Below are positions 41,321-49,896 of a stretch of DNA of 64,000 bases, in pieces (position 1 is the first letter of the stretch; each line of letters begins with the position of its first letter). Origin of the DNA: Rhodobacterales bacterium (GTDB lineage Bacteria; Pseudomonadota; Alphaproteobacteria; Rhodobacterales; Rhodobacteraceae). The notes under the pieces were generated by a model, which had not been told where the DNA came from, did no database searches, and saw nothing but the letters and a program-made list of their open reading frames with translations. The position numbers were made by a program, and so were the translations under genes. The stretch is from contig JANPJD010000064.1 in NCBI GenBank assembly GCA_031425325.1, forward strand, positions 15,940 through 79,939. The letters run 5' to 3'.

Positions 41321-43504
41321 TCAGGGCTCGGGCGCGGCGACCTCGGCCAGAAGGCGGTCGACGGCCTCGCGGGTGCGCGTGCTCTCGTCGAGGAGGGCGC
41401 GGCTGCCTGCGAGCGTGGCCTCGGCGCCGGGGAGGCCGGCGGTTACAGGCGCAAGGAGCGTCCAGACCGCCGGAGCCCTCGGGTCGGCTTCGCCTTGTGC
41501 GACCGACCAGTCGCCTGACTGCCAGCGGGCCGTCGCTGCGCCAGCCGGGTTCGCTGCCGCCTCGAAGGCCGTGGCAGCGGCCTGCAGGTCGTTGAGTTGC
41601 AGCAGCCCTGCTGCCCGCACCGCCTCGACCTGCGGCCCCGCGAGGCCCGCCAACTGCCGCAAGGCGGCCCGCGCGTCGCCACGGGCCAGTTCCGCTTGCG
41701 CGAGCAGAACCCGACCCTCTTCGGTTGCAGCAGGCACGGGCAGCCAACGAAGCGCTGCCTCGGCAAGACCGAGTCCGAGCAAGCGCTCTCCGATCCTTAG
41801 CGCGGTAGCAGGCCGGTCCGTCGGACGCGGCTCTTCCGGGGCGAGGACGGCGTGCAGAAGGATCGCCGAGTCTGGCGCCAGGTCAGCGATGACTTGCCAC
41901 ATGTCCTGAACGCTTTCAGGATCGACCGCCCCTTCCGCCAAGGACAGGGCAGCGTCGACGTCATTGCTCGAAGCCCGCGCCAGCATTTCTGCCCGAAGCA
42001 GGGCGGGGACAAGGTCGGTGCCCTCGCGCTCGTGCCGATGGGCGGCGATCTCGGTGACGGTGGTCGCCTCGACAGGCTGACCAAGGGCGATGCGGGTGTC
42101 CACGAGCGCAATCACGGCTTCGGCCGCCTGGTCGCCTCCCTGCGCCGCGACCCCGGCGAATTCTTTCGCCGCCGCCTCGACATTTCCGCGGCTTGCTTCG
42201 AGCCTTGCGTCGATGACACGTGCCCCTTCCCCGAGCGGACCTGGAGCCCGCCAGATCGCATCGCGGATGGCCTGCGCCACGGGAACCTCTCCGGCCGCCA
42301 GCAGTCGTTCGGCAAGGCCAGGCCCGAGATGGCGGCGCAAGCCCACGGGCAGCGCCGAGAACGCCGACCTGATGCCTTGGGCTGCCTCGTTGGTGAACGG
42401 TCCCGGCTCAGTCACGGTGAGAGCCGCCCAGAGCGCTGCCGCCCCGGGACAGGCGGACTGCCCGGCAAAGGGTCCGGCCGCGATCGGCCTCTCGCCGTCG
42501 ACGGCCAGCGCGAGGGTGCGCCAGAGCTCCGCGTCGGGATGGTCGGGTGCCAGCGTTTCAACTGCGTTGCGCGCCTCGGCGCCGAACCCGAAATGGAGCA
42601 GGAGCTGGACATACCCTGCCACCGAGGCGGGGTCCGGGCGGTCGAACTCTCCAAGAAGTCGGCCCCTCGCCTCGGCCACCTGCTCGACGAAGGGTCGCCC
42701 ATCTCCCCATGACGCGACGTCGAGCGCCGCGTCGGGACGGCATTCTTCGCCGTTCAAGCCAAGGCCTTCGGGTTCGACATTTGCGGGATTGGCCCGCGCG
42801 CCTGGCCTGACTTCGACCCCCAGCGGATCGACGCCCAGCGAGTCCGCTGCAATTCTGGTGGCTGGATCGGGCGCTGGAAAGACCGGGTCCTCGACCTCGA
42901 TCAGGCCCGCAGACGCCGCGCGCCCGAACTGCTGAAGAAGGTCCGCGCGGGTCTGCTCCATCTCGGGGGTTGCGGTCGACGGAAAGAGGATTGTCGGATC
43001 GACCACCGCAGGGCGCTTGGGAAGCTCGACGATCTGGAGGGAAGCACGCGGGGCGGGACGCGCCCGCGGCCGCGGCGCCTCTGCTGTCGCGAGCGCCGGA
43101 AGCGAGGCTCCCCCCAGCGACAGCTCGAAGGACGACCCCTGCGGGGCCGGACCGCTTCGCAGGTCGATGACGACGATGTTCGGCCGGTAGGCGAAGGGTA
43201 TGGCATGACAGTCGCATGCGAGGCCTAGGCGCAGCGTGCTGGTGCGGGGGTCGACCCAGATCGCGGCAAGCCGGTCTCGCGGGATGATGTCGAACACCCC
43301 GGAGACGTCGAAACTCAGGTCAGGCGCATCCACGCGCAGTTCATAGCCGTCTACCGTGCGGCCAACCTGCCAGCCGACCGGACCATCGAACTCCATGACA
43401 AGGCGCGTGAAGTCGGAGTGCTCGCCCGATAGGACGCGCACGGTCTCGGCGCGAGCTGCCGTCGCAGACAGCGCGAAGACAAAGAGCAGGAACCGCAGGA
43501 TCAT
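41321..43504 (-). CDS. 727-aa periplasmic protein: signal peptide, AMIN-like beta domain, Pro-rich linker, and a long Ala/Leu-rich helical-repeat region; function unknown (flagellar motor-associated?)
   Basis: ATGA overlap with the motA stop (43501-43504). MILRFLLFVFALSATAARA|ETVRVLSGEHSDFTRLVMEFDGPVGWQV...IVVIDLR. The track ORF 41321..44431 extends spuriously through motA in another frame. Confidence 0.7.
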   Translation of the reverse strand: MILRFLLFVFALSATAARAETVRVLSGEHSDFTRLVMEFDGPVGWQVGRTVDGYELRVDAPDLSFDVSGVFDIIPRDRLAAIWVDPRTSTLRLGLACDCHAIPFAYRPNIVVIDLRSGPAPQGSSFELSLGGASLPALATAEAPRPRARPAPRASLQIVELPKRPAVVDPTILFPSTATPEMEQTRADLLQQFGRAASAGLIEVEDPVFPAPDPATRIAADSLGVDPLGVEVRPGARANPANVEPEGLGLNGEECRPDAALDVASWGDGRPFVEQVAEARGRLLGEFDRPDPASVAGYVQLLLHFGFGAEARNAVETLAPDHPDAELWRTLALAVDGERPIAAGPFAGQSACPGAAALWAALTVTEPGPFTNEAAQGIRSAFSALPVGLRRHLGPGLAERLLAAGEVPVAQAIRDAIWRAPGPLGEGARVIDARLEASRGNVEAAAKEFAGVAAQGGDQAAEAVIALVDTRIALGQPVEATTVTEIAAHRHEREGTDLVPALLRAEMLARASSNDVDAALSLAEGAVDPESVQDMWQVIADLAPDSAILLHAVLAPEEPRPTDRPATALRIGERLLGLGLAEAALRWLPVPAATEEGRVLLAQAELARGDARAALRQLAGLAGPQVEAVRAAGLLQLNDLQAAATAFEAAANPAGAATARWQSGDWSVAQGEADPRAPAVWTLLAPVTAGLPGAEATLAGSRALLDESTRTREAVDRLLAEVAAPEP

Positions 43505-44370
43505 GCCGCCTCCTTCTTGAGCGCCCGAAGCGCCTCCTCGAGATCGCCAAACCCTGGCCGCATGCCGTGAGGCGTGTTCTGACGACCGACCTCGATGCAG
43601 ATATTGGGCGGATGGTTGTGAAGATTGGCCACCAGAACCTCGCGGATCAGCCTGTAGAAGTGGGAATCTTCCTCCACCACCGCCTTCACGCGGGTGGCGA
43701 ACGGCCCGACCAGCCCGTAGGCAAGAAAGACGCCCAGAAACGTGCCGACGAGCGCGCCGCCGATCATCTTGCCGAGGATCTCGGGCGGTTGGTCGATCGA
43801 GCCCATCGTCTTGATCACCCCGAGGACCGCAGCGACGATCCCCAATGCCGGAAGCCCGTCGGCAACCGTCTGAAGCGCATGGCTGGAGTGGAGCGCATGG
43901 CTCATCTGCGTCTCCATCCGCTTGTCGAGCACCTCCTCGACCTGGTGCGGATCGTCGTAGTTCATCGAGGCGGCCCGAAGCGTGTCGCAGATCAGGTCGA
44001 CCGCCTCGTGGTCCGCCCTGATCCTTGGATAGCGGGCAAAAAGGGATGAGGTCTGAGGAGCTTCGATGTGCTCCTCGAGGGCCACAGGGTTGGTCCTTGC
44101 GATGCGGATCAGTTCGAACAGAAGGCAGAGAAGATCGCGATAGTCGGCAGGCTTCCACTGCGGGCCCTTGAAGACCTTCTTCACGTCGCGCAGCGTCTGC
44201 TTGATGGCAGCAACGTCGTTGCCGAGCAGGAAAGCCCCGACGGCTGCGCCGCCGATCATGATCATCTCGAAAGGCAGGGCCTTCAGGATAATCCCCATCT
44301 TGCCACCCGCGAGGATGTACCCGCCGAAGACCATCACGAAGATCACCGCGATCCCGACGAACCCGATCAT
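43501..44370 (-). CDS. motA: Flagellar stator protein MotA
   Basis: MIGFVGIAVIFVMVFGGYILAGGKMGIILKALPFEMIMIGGAAVGAF...LPALGIVAAVLGVIKTMG. GGAG SD before ATG 44370; an alternative GTG is at 44388. Confidence 0.9.
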   Translation of the reverse strand: MIGFVGIAVIFVMVFGGYILAGGKMGIILKALPFEMIMIGGAAVGAFLLGNDVAAIKQTLRDVKKVFKGPQWKPADYRDLLCLLFELIRIARTNPVALEEHIEAPQTSSLFARYPRIRADHEAVDLICDTLRAASMNYDDPHQVEEVLDKRMETQMSHALHSSHALQTVADGLPALGIVAAVLGVIKTMGSIDQPPEILGKMIGGALVGTFLGVFLAYGLVGPFATRVKAVVEEDSHFYRLIREVLVANLHNHPPNICIEVGRQNTPHGMRPGFGDLEEALRALKKEAA

Positions 44371-44427
44371 GACCGCTCCTGTTGCCACCCGTGCCGGAGG
44401 CTGTCAGACGCAGGTTAAGAAAGCCTG

Positions 44428-44982
44428 TCACTCCACTGGTGCAGCCGCGTTCCTCGCGGCGAGAATCACGCTGATCGCGTAGCCCTTGTCGGCGCTGAGG
44501 CCTGCGAGGATGGCGGCAGCTGCGTCTGGCTTCATGCGGCCCAGAAATCCGGCCGCGAAATCGGGGGCCATCGCTTCGAACAGAGGGGCGGCATCGCGGG
44601 GGCGCATCCGCTCGTAGACCTGCGTCAGGGTGGCAAGGTCCGATTCGGCGGCACCATCGGCCATTGCGACGGTTGCCGACAGGCGCGCCTCGGCCTCCTC
44701 AAGCGCCGCAATGCGGCTTTCGATCGCCTGCTCGGCGAGGTCGAGCGCCGAGAGACGGTTACCCAGCGCGGCCTCCTTGGCCTGCACCTCCGCCTCGCGC
44801 GCCAACAGCGCTTCGGCGAGCGCGAGCGGCGGTTCCGGGCAGACGAGAGGCTCGGTCCCGGCTTCGGGCGCGTTGGCGACGGCTGCCCCCACCCCGAGTC
44901 CGAGCCGGATCGCCCCGGAGGAGGCGAGAAGAAGTGCGATCAGCACAAGCGTTCCGCGCCCCGGCTGCCGCCGCACTGTCAT
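44428..44982 (-). CDS. MotE/FlbB-like protein (MgtE_N-type helical domain, N-terminal anchor)
   Basis: TLVLIALLLASSGAI anchor, coiled coil EAEVQAKEAALGNRLSALDLAEQAIESRIAALEEAE, then YERMRPRDAAPLFEAMAPDFAAGFLGRMKPDAAAAILAGL. Confidence 0.6.
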   Translation of the reverse strand: MTVRRQPGRGTLVLIALLLASSGAIRLGLGVGAAVANAPEAGTEPLVCPEPPLALAEALLAREAEVQAKEAALGNRLSALDLAEQAIESRIAALEEAEARLSATVAMADGAAESDLATLTQVYERMRPRDAAPLFEAMAPDFAAGFLGRMKPDAAAAILAGLSADKGYAISVILAARNAAAPVE

Positions 44983-45353
44983 TCGGCCGCCTCTGCCTCG
45001 CGCGGGCCACGCTTGCGGACAACCCGCATCCGTCGTTCGGACTCGAAGCCATCCGTTTCAGCCGGCTGGTCCGGCAGATCATGCAGGGACGCGAGTAAAA
45101 GCTCGAGCCTCGTCTGGGCCGCCTCGGCCCGCTGCGTCAGTTTCTCGAGACCGCTCGCCGAGCCAGAGGCAGCCCTCTGGGCCTTGTCTAGGGCCCGCGT
45201 CATGTCATCGACCTGCGCGGACAAAACGGCGATCGCCCCGCCCATACCCGATTCGAGCGTCTGGAACTTCTTCAGGCGGGCGGAGAGAACATAGCAGTAG
45301 GCTGCCGCCCCGAACGAGCCGGCTGCCAGCAGGATATTTGCGATCAGATCCAT
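44979..45353 (-). CDS. Hypothetical single-pass membrane / coiled-coil protein in the flagellar operon
   Basis: MDLIANILLAAGSFGAAAYCYVL TM, then a helical region with an Arg-rich tail. ATGA overlap with the downstream gene. Confidence 0.5.
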   Translation of the reverse strand: MDLIANILLAAGSFGAAAYCYVLSARLKKFQTLESGMGGAIAVLSAQVDDMTRALDKAQRAASGSASGLEKLTQRAEAAQTRLELLLASLHDLPDQPAETDGFESERRMRVVRKRGPREAEAAE

Positions 45354-45362
45354 CAAGACCCC

Positions 45363-45833
45363 TCAATTCAACACGAACTCGGTGACGAGGAGGTCACGCA
45401 CTCGCCCCTCGCCCGTCACGATCTGGATACGGCGCAGCATCTGCGCGCGAAGCTGAACCAGTGCCGCGGGATCCTCCAGTTGCGCCACATCGACGGCTCG
45501 CAGGTAGCCGTTCAGGACATCGATGATCCGAGGCTTCAGAAGGGCGACCTCGCCCTCATGTTCAGGGGTCACCTCGAGCGTGGCGGCGAAGCGAAGGTGC
45601 TGGCCGGACCCCCCCGGACCGAGCGAGATGATGAGCGGATCGACCGGCACGAAGGCGACGCCCGGCATGGGTGCGTCCGGGCCGTGGCTCGCAACGGGCA
45701 GGCCGAGCAGTCCCGAATAGGTTGCGAAAAACCCGCCGCCCGCCAGCAGGACCGATGCGCCCAGCGCGATCAGCATCGGCTTCGGTGATCTTTTCCGCGA
45801 ACCGGGATCGGCCTGTTCCGCGACGTCGGTCAT
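45363..45833 (-). CDS. fliL: Flagellar basal-body-associated protein FliL
   Basis: AAGGAGG SD. TM LIALGASVLLAGGGFF, then FVPVDPLIISL...LRFAATLEV...LKPRIIDVLNGYLR. Confidence 0.85.
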   Translation of the reverse strand: MTDVAEQADPGSRKRSPKPMLIALGASVLLAGGGFFATYSGLLGLPVASHGPDAPMPGVAFVPVDPLIISLGPGGSGQHLRFAATLEVTPEHEGEVALLKPRIIDVLNGYLRAVDVAQLEDPAALVQLRAQMLRRIQIVTGEGRVRDLLVTEFVLN

Positions 45834-45876
45834 CTTTGCCTCCTTCTGGTGCAGGATCGATATAGCGGGAAGGACA

Positions 45877-45891
45877 CTAACCGATTGTTAA
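45877..45891. promoter_or_regulatory. CtrA-box-like motif in the divergent fliL/fliF promoter region
   Basis: CTAA-ccgattg-TTAA, read on the other strand as TTAA-N7-TTAG. One mismatch to TTAA-N7-TTAA. It lies 44 nt from the fliL ATG. Confidence 0.4.
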
Positions 45892-45949
45892 GCCAGATCA
45901 CCCAATGTCCGGGGGCAGCAGGCAGAACGCCTTGGGATCGGAGAGACGC

Positions 45950-47551
45950 GTGCAGAACTTCCTTTCGGTCTGGTCATCCCTTGATTTGCGCCACCGCATC
46001 GTCATCGGCGTCGCCACGGTCGCGATGTTCCTCGCGATCATTGCCCTGTCGCGAATGGCGACGGCACCCGGCCTGTCGCTCCTCTACTCGGGTCTCGACG
46101 CGGCCGCCGCAGGAGAGGTGGTGGCGGCGCTCGAACAGCGCGGCATCGCGCATGAGGTGCGCGGCGGCGCGATCTTTGTCGACAGCAATCAGCGCGACAG
46201 CCTTCGCCTGACGCTCGCGGCAGAAGGGCTGCCTGCGGCGGGAGGCGGAGGGTACGAGTTGCTCGACGGCCTGTCAGGGTTCGGCACGACCTCACAGATG
46301 TTCGACGCCGCCTACTGGCGCGCCAAGGAAGGTGAACTGGCCCGCACCATCCTCGCGATGCCGGGCATCGGGGCGGCGCGGGTACACATATCGCGCGCCG
46401 ATCCCCAGCCCTTCCGCGCGCCCGAGCGTCAGACGGCGAGCGTGACGATCACGACGGCGGCCGGAAGCGTCGGGGCGGCCCAGGCAAAGGCGTTGCGGCA
46501 TCTCGTGGCGGCAGCGATCGCCGGCATGACACCGGCCGACGTCGCCGTGATCGACAGCGCCGGCGGCCTCGTCGACGACCAGGAGGCGGCCGCAACCCCG
46601 GCGATTGCCGCCCAGTCGCGCAGCGCGGAACTTAAGCGCAACGTGGAACGGTTGCTCGAAGCCCGCGTCGGGCCGAACAATGCGGTCGTCGAGGTCTCGG
46701 TCGACGTCATTTCCGAGACTTCCACGATCACCGAGCGTCAGTTCGATCCCGAGGGGCGGGTCGCAATCTCGACCGAGACGGAGGACACGTCCGAATCGTC
46801 CAGCGAAGCGGCGGACCAGGTGACGGTCGCCTCCAACCTCCCCGAGGGCGACGCGGGGGCGGGGGCGCCGTCGCAAAGCAGCAGCACCGGCACGCGAGAG
46901 CGCGTGAACTTCGAAGTCTCCGAGACCAAGCGCGAGACGGTGCGTGTGCCCGGCGACATCCGCAGGCTGAGCGTCGCCGTGCTCGTGGGCACGGTTCCGG
47001 TCGTTGCCGAAGACGGGACCGTGACGCAAGCTGCCCGCCCTCCCGAAGAACTCGAGGTGCTGCGAGAGCTTGTGGCGTCGACCGTGGGTTACGACGAGGC
47101 GCGCGGCGACACCATCACGCTTCGCTCGCTCGAGTTCCGTCCGCTGGCGACCGAAGGCACCCTTGCCGAGGCGGGGATGCTTGCCGGGCTCGACACGATG
47201 TCGCTGATCCAGCTTGCCGTGCTGGCCGTGGTCATCCTCGTTCTGGGGCTGTTCGTGCTGCGCCCGATGCTTCTGTCACAGCGCCGGGGCACACCGGCAG
47301 AGGCCCTGGCGCTGTCGGCTTCCTTTTCGGGTGCCGGAACCGGTCCGACCCCCGGCCGAGAGGCGACACGGGCACTCGACGGCGAGATCGACGATGGCCG
47401 CCCTCTGCCGCCATTGCCCGTCGTCTCGCGCGAGGACGGTGACCTTCCGGCTGATCCCGTGGCGCGCCTGCGTCGGCTGATCGAGGTCCGTCAGGCCGAG
47501 TCGGTCGAGATTCTGCGGGGCTGGATGGAAGAGCGCGAGGAGCGGACCTGA
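45950..47551 (+). CDS. fliF: Flagellar MS-ring protein FliF
   Basis: VQNFLSVWSSLDLRHRIVIGVATVAMFLAI...LYSGLDAAAAGEVVAALEQRGI...FGTTSQMFDAAYWRAKEGELARTI. GGAGAG SD before GTG 45950; the track start is 45905. Confidence 0.9.
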   Translation: MQNFLSVWSSLDLRHRIVIGVATVAMFLAIIALSRMATAPGLSLLYSGLDAAAAGEVVAALEQRGIAHEVRGGAIFVDSNQRDSLRLTLAAEGLPAAGGGGYELLDGLSGFGTTSQMFDAAYWRAKEGELARTILAMPGIGAARVHISRADPQPFRAPERQTASVTITTAAGSVGAAQAKALRHLVAAAIAGMTPADVAVIDSAGGLVDDQEAAATPAIAAQSRSAELKRNVERLLEARVGPNNAVVEVSVDVISETSTITERQFDPEGRVAISTETEDTSESSSEAADQVTVASNLPEGDAGAGAPSQSSSTGTRERVNFEVSETKRETVRVPGDIRRLSVAVLVGTVPVVAEDGTVTQAARPPEELEVLRELVASTVGYDEARGDTITLRSLEFRPLATEGTLAEAGMLAGLDTMSLIQLAVLAVVILVLGLFVLRPMLLSQRRGTPAEALALSASFSGAGTGPTPGREATRALDGEIDDGRPLPPLPVVSREDGDLPADPVARLRRLIEVRQAESVEILRGWMEEREERT

Positions 47552-48144
47552 TGCCCCCGCTCAAGCTCGAGGTCTTCCAGACCACCGGCCCCGCTGACGT
47601 GACCACCGACGAGGGCAACTCTGACCTCGAGGAGGCCCGGCTCGCCGCCTATGAACAGGGCTATGCTGCGGGCTGGGAAGACTCGACGAACGCGCAGGCC
47701 GAAGATCAGCGCAAGCTGCGGGCAGACCTCGCGCGGAACCTGCAGGCCATGTCCTTCACCTATCACGAGGCACGCACGCATATCCTTCGCGCGATCGGCC
47801 CGCTTCTGCAGGATCTCGTCACGCGGCTGCTACCTTCGATCGCGCGCGACGCCCTTGGCCCTGTCGTCGTCGATACGCTGATGCCCATGGCCGAGGAGCT
47901 TTCGGAAGCCCCTGTCGTGATCGTCATGAACCCGTCTGCCAGACCGGCCATCGAGGCCGTGATGGCTCACGTCAAGGGTCTGCCCGTCACGCTGCGGGAG
48001 GAGCCGTCGTTGTCCGAGGGACAGGTCTACCTCAGCCTCGGTGAGTCCGAGACCCACATCGACCTCGACCGTGCCACTGCGGACATCGCGGCGGCCGTGC
48101 GGGGATTTTTCGAGCTCGCCGGAAAGGAAGCCAGACATGGATGA
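47551..48144 (+). CDS. FliH-like flagellar export-apparatus protein
   Basis: EEARLAAYEQGYAAGWEDS motif and position between fliF and fliN, 197 aa. The start shares 1 nt with the fliF stop. Confidence 0.55.
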   Translation: MPPLKLEVFQTTGPADVTTDEGNSDLEEARLAAYEQGYAAGWEDSTNAQAEDQRKLRADLARNLQAMSFTYHEARTHILRAIGPLLQDLVTRLLPSIARDALGPVVVDTLMPMAEELSEAPVVIVMNPSARPAIEAVMAHVKGLPVTLREEPSLSEGQVYLSLGESETHIDLDRATADIAAAVRGFFELAGKEARHG

Positions 48145-48406
48145 GACTGCCGAACCGACCCCGTTTGCCCAAGTGCCCATCGAGATCCTGATTTCGGTCG
48201 GCAAGGCGCGCCCGCAGATCCGGGATCTTCTTCGCCTGCAGAGGGACGCGGTGCTCGCCCTTGACCGGCGAATCGACGATCCGGTGGAGCTGTATGTCGG
48301 CGACCGTCTCATCGCTCGCGGCGAACTGCAGGAGCTTGACGGCGACCAGGCGGGCCAACTCGCGGTCAGATTGACCGAGGTCGCAAACCTGCGCGGGGAA
48401 TTATGA
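48137..48406 (+). CDS. fliN: Flagellar switch protein FliN (SpoA domain only)
   Basis: VPIEILISVGKARPQIRDLLRLQRDAVLALDRRIDDPVELYVGDRLIARGEL, 89 aa. Confidence 0.85.
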   Translation: MDETAEPTPFAQVPIEILISVGKARPQIRDLLRLQRDAVLALDRRIDDPVELYVGDRLIARGELQELDGDQAGQLAVRLTEVANLRGEL

Positions 48407-49131
48407 GGTCGGGCGCAGCACTTCTGATCGTGCTGCTGGCGCTTGCCCATCCGGCTGCAGCGCAGGAGATCACGGTCGACCTGGGCGACGATGCGGCCCT
48501 CGCGACGCGCAGCATTCAACTCATCGTCCTCATCACTCTGCTCAGCCTCGTTCCGGGGCTGGCCGTGATGGTGACCTGCTTTCCCTTCATCGTGACGGTC
48601 CTGTCGATTCTGCGGACCGCGATCGGGCTTCAGCAATCGCCCCCCAACATGCTGATCGTCAGCCTCGCGCTTTTCCTCACCTGGTACGTAATGGACCCGG
48701 TCTTCACGGCGGCCTGGGTCGACGGGCTGCAACCGCTTTCCGAGGGGAGGCTGACGCTCGAGGCGGCGCTGCCGGCAACGATTGGGCCGTTCCGTACCTT
48801 CATGGCGGCGCGACTGGACCCCGAGACCTTCTCGGCGCTCCTCGCCTTGCGGCCGGGTACAGAAATTGGGGCGATGGTCGACGCCCCGCTGTCGATTCTC
48901 GTCCCGTCCTTCCTGCTCAGTGAAATCCAGCGGGCATTCGAGATCGGGTTCCTCATCTTCCTTCCATTCCTGATCATCGACCTCGTGGTGGCGGCCGTGC
49001 TCATGTCGATGGGCATGATGATGGTCCCGCCCGCGATCGTCTCTCTCCCCTTCAAGCTCGCCTTCTTCGTGGTCGCTGACGGATGGGCCCTTATCTCAGG
49101 GGCGCTCGTCCGAAGCTATCTTCCTGCCTGA
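48403..49131 (+). CDS. fliP: Flagellar export gate protein FliP
   Basis: Signal peptide, then LLSLVPGLAVMVTCFPFIVTVLSILRTAIGLQQSPPNMLIVSLALFLTWYVMDPV...FLIFLPFLIIDLVVAAVLMSMGMMMVPP. Confidence 0.95.
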   Translation: MRSGAALLIVLLALAHPAAAQEITVDLGDDAALATRSIQLIVLITLLSLVPGLAVMVTCFPFIVTVLSILRTAIGLQQSPPNMLIVSLALFLTWYVMDPVFTAAWVDGLQPLSEGRLTLEAALPATIGPFRTFMAARLDPETFSALLALRPGTEIGAMVDAPLSILVPSFLLSEIQRAFEIGFLIFLPFLIIDLVVAAVLMSMGMMMVPPAIVSLPFKLAFFVVADGWALISGALVRSYLPA

Positions 49132-49896
49132 CAGGCGGAGTTTTGCTGCCGCCATCGCCGCGACCTGCCGAAACTCGCAGAACTCGCGAGGCCCGAAAGC
49201 CTTCTATCCCGGGCTGAATCAGACCGTTCGATCCCGGATCCGGTCCAGGAGTGCAACCAAGGTCCGACGTAACGGGCGGGTCAATCCCGGTGACCGAGAC
49301 CACGCCTGCGGATTGATCGCGGTCAGAAGTGAGCCGAGCCTGCTGCACAGCCCCCGCATCGCATCGACCGAGATGGAGATGGTCCGGAGCACGCTGCGCT
49401 TTGTCGGCTAACGGCAATGCGATCAAGCTCCGGGTCGAGGCTGCGTCAGACCGAGACCGACGAGAAGCTGTTCTGCAGGCCAGTCGATCGGTATCCCGCA
49501 TACTCGACAATTCAGGGCGACGGCGATGCCACGGCACCACCTTCGTTCCCTTTGACCAGATCGGGCAGTCCGAACCAACCGCCCCTTGATACAGGGCCGA
49601 AGCTGCCCGCACTACCACGACGCGGTAAACGATCGTTCGGCATGCGGACCGGCCCACAACGTTGTCAAGGCAGGTGCCCCCCGACCAGCGTCAGCCGGCT
49701 GCAAGGCCCACGTGGAGCGCTTCCTGCCTACGGAGTTACGGTTTCGCGGGAGCCCGAGGGTAAAACGCTCACACCGCCGAGAGGTGAAACGGCGCCCCCT
49801 CCCGTCGCCTCGCCCGAGGTTTAGGGCAGTTCAGCGCCAAGGTGAACCAACTCATCGATCGGGCCGAACGTGTTCGCCCGTTCGGCGCGTCAGGAG
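49132..49896. other. 765-bp apparently non-coding spacer between the convergent fliP and flgI genes
   Basis: The ORFs here lack the third-position G+C bias seen elsewhere and translate to Arg/Pro/Ser-rich nonsense. G+C is visibly lower than in the flanks. Confidence 0.5.
49863..49886. terminator. Hairpin just downstream of the flgI stop
   Basis: gccgaacg-tgttcgcc-cgttcggc, a perfect 8-bp stem with no U-tract. Confidence 0.4.

Noticed and set aside
43505-44431. N-terminal 309 codons of the 1036-aa track ORF 41321..44431
   Set aside because: This part overlaps motA in a different frame and translates to Arg/Pro-rich sequence. The credible gene starts at the ATG at 43504, which is followed by a signal peptide and overlaps the motA stop.
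49219-49392. 57-codon minus-strand reading frame (GTG start) inside the fliP-flgI spacer, not in the track
   Set aside because: Its third-position G+C is only moderately elevated. It has no SD and no recognisable motif, and its sequence is Arg-rich. This is insufficient to call a gene.
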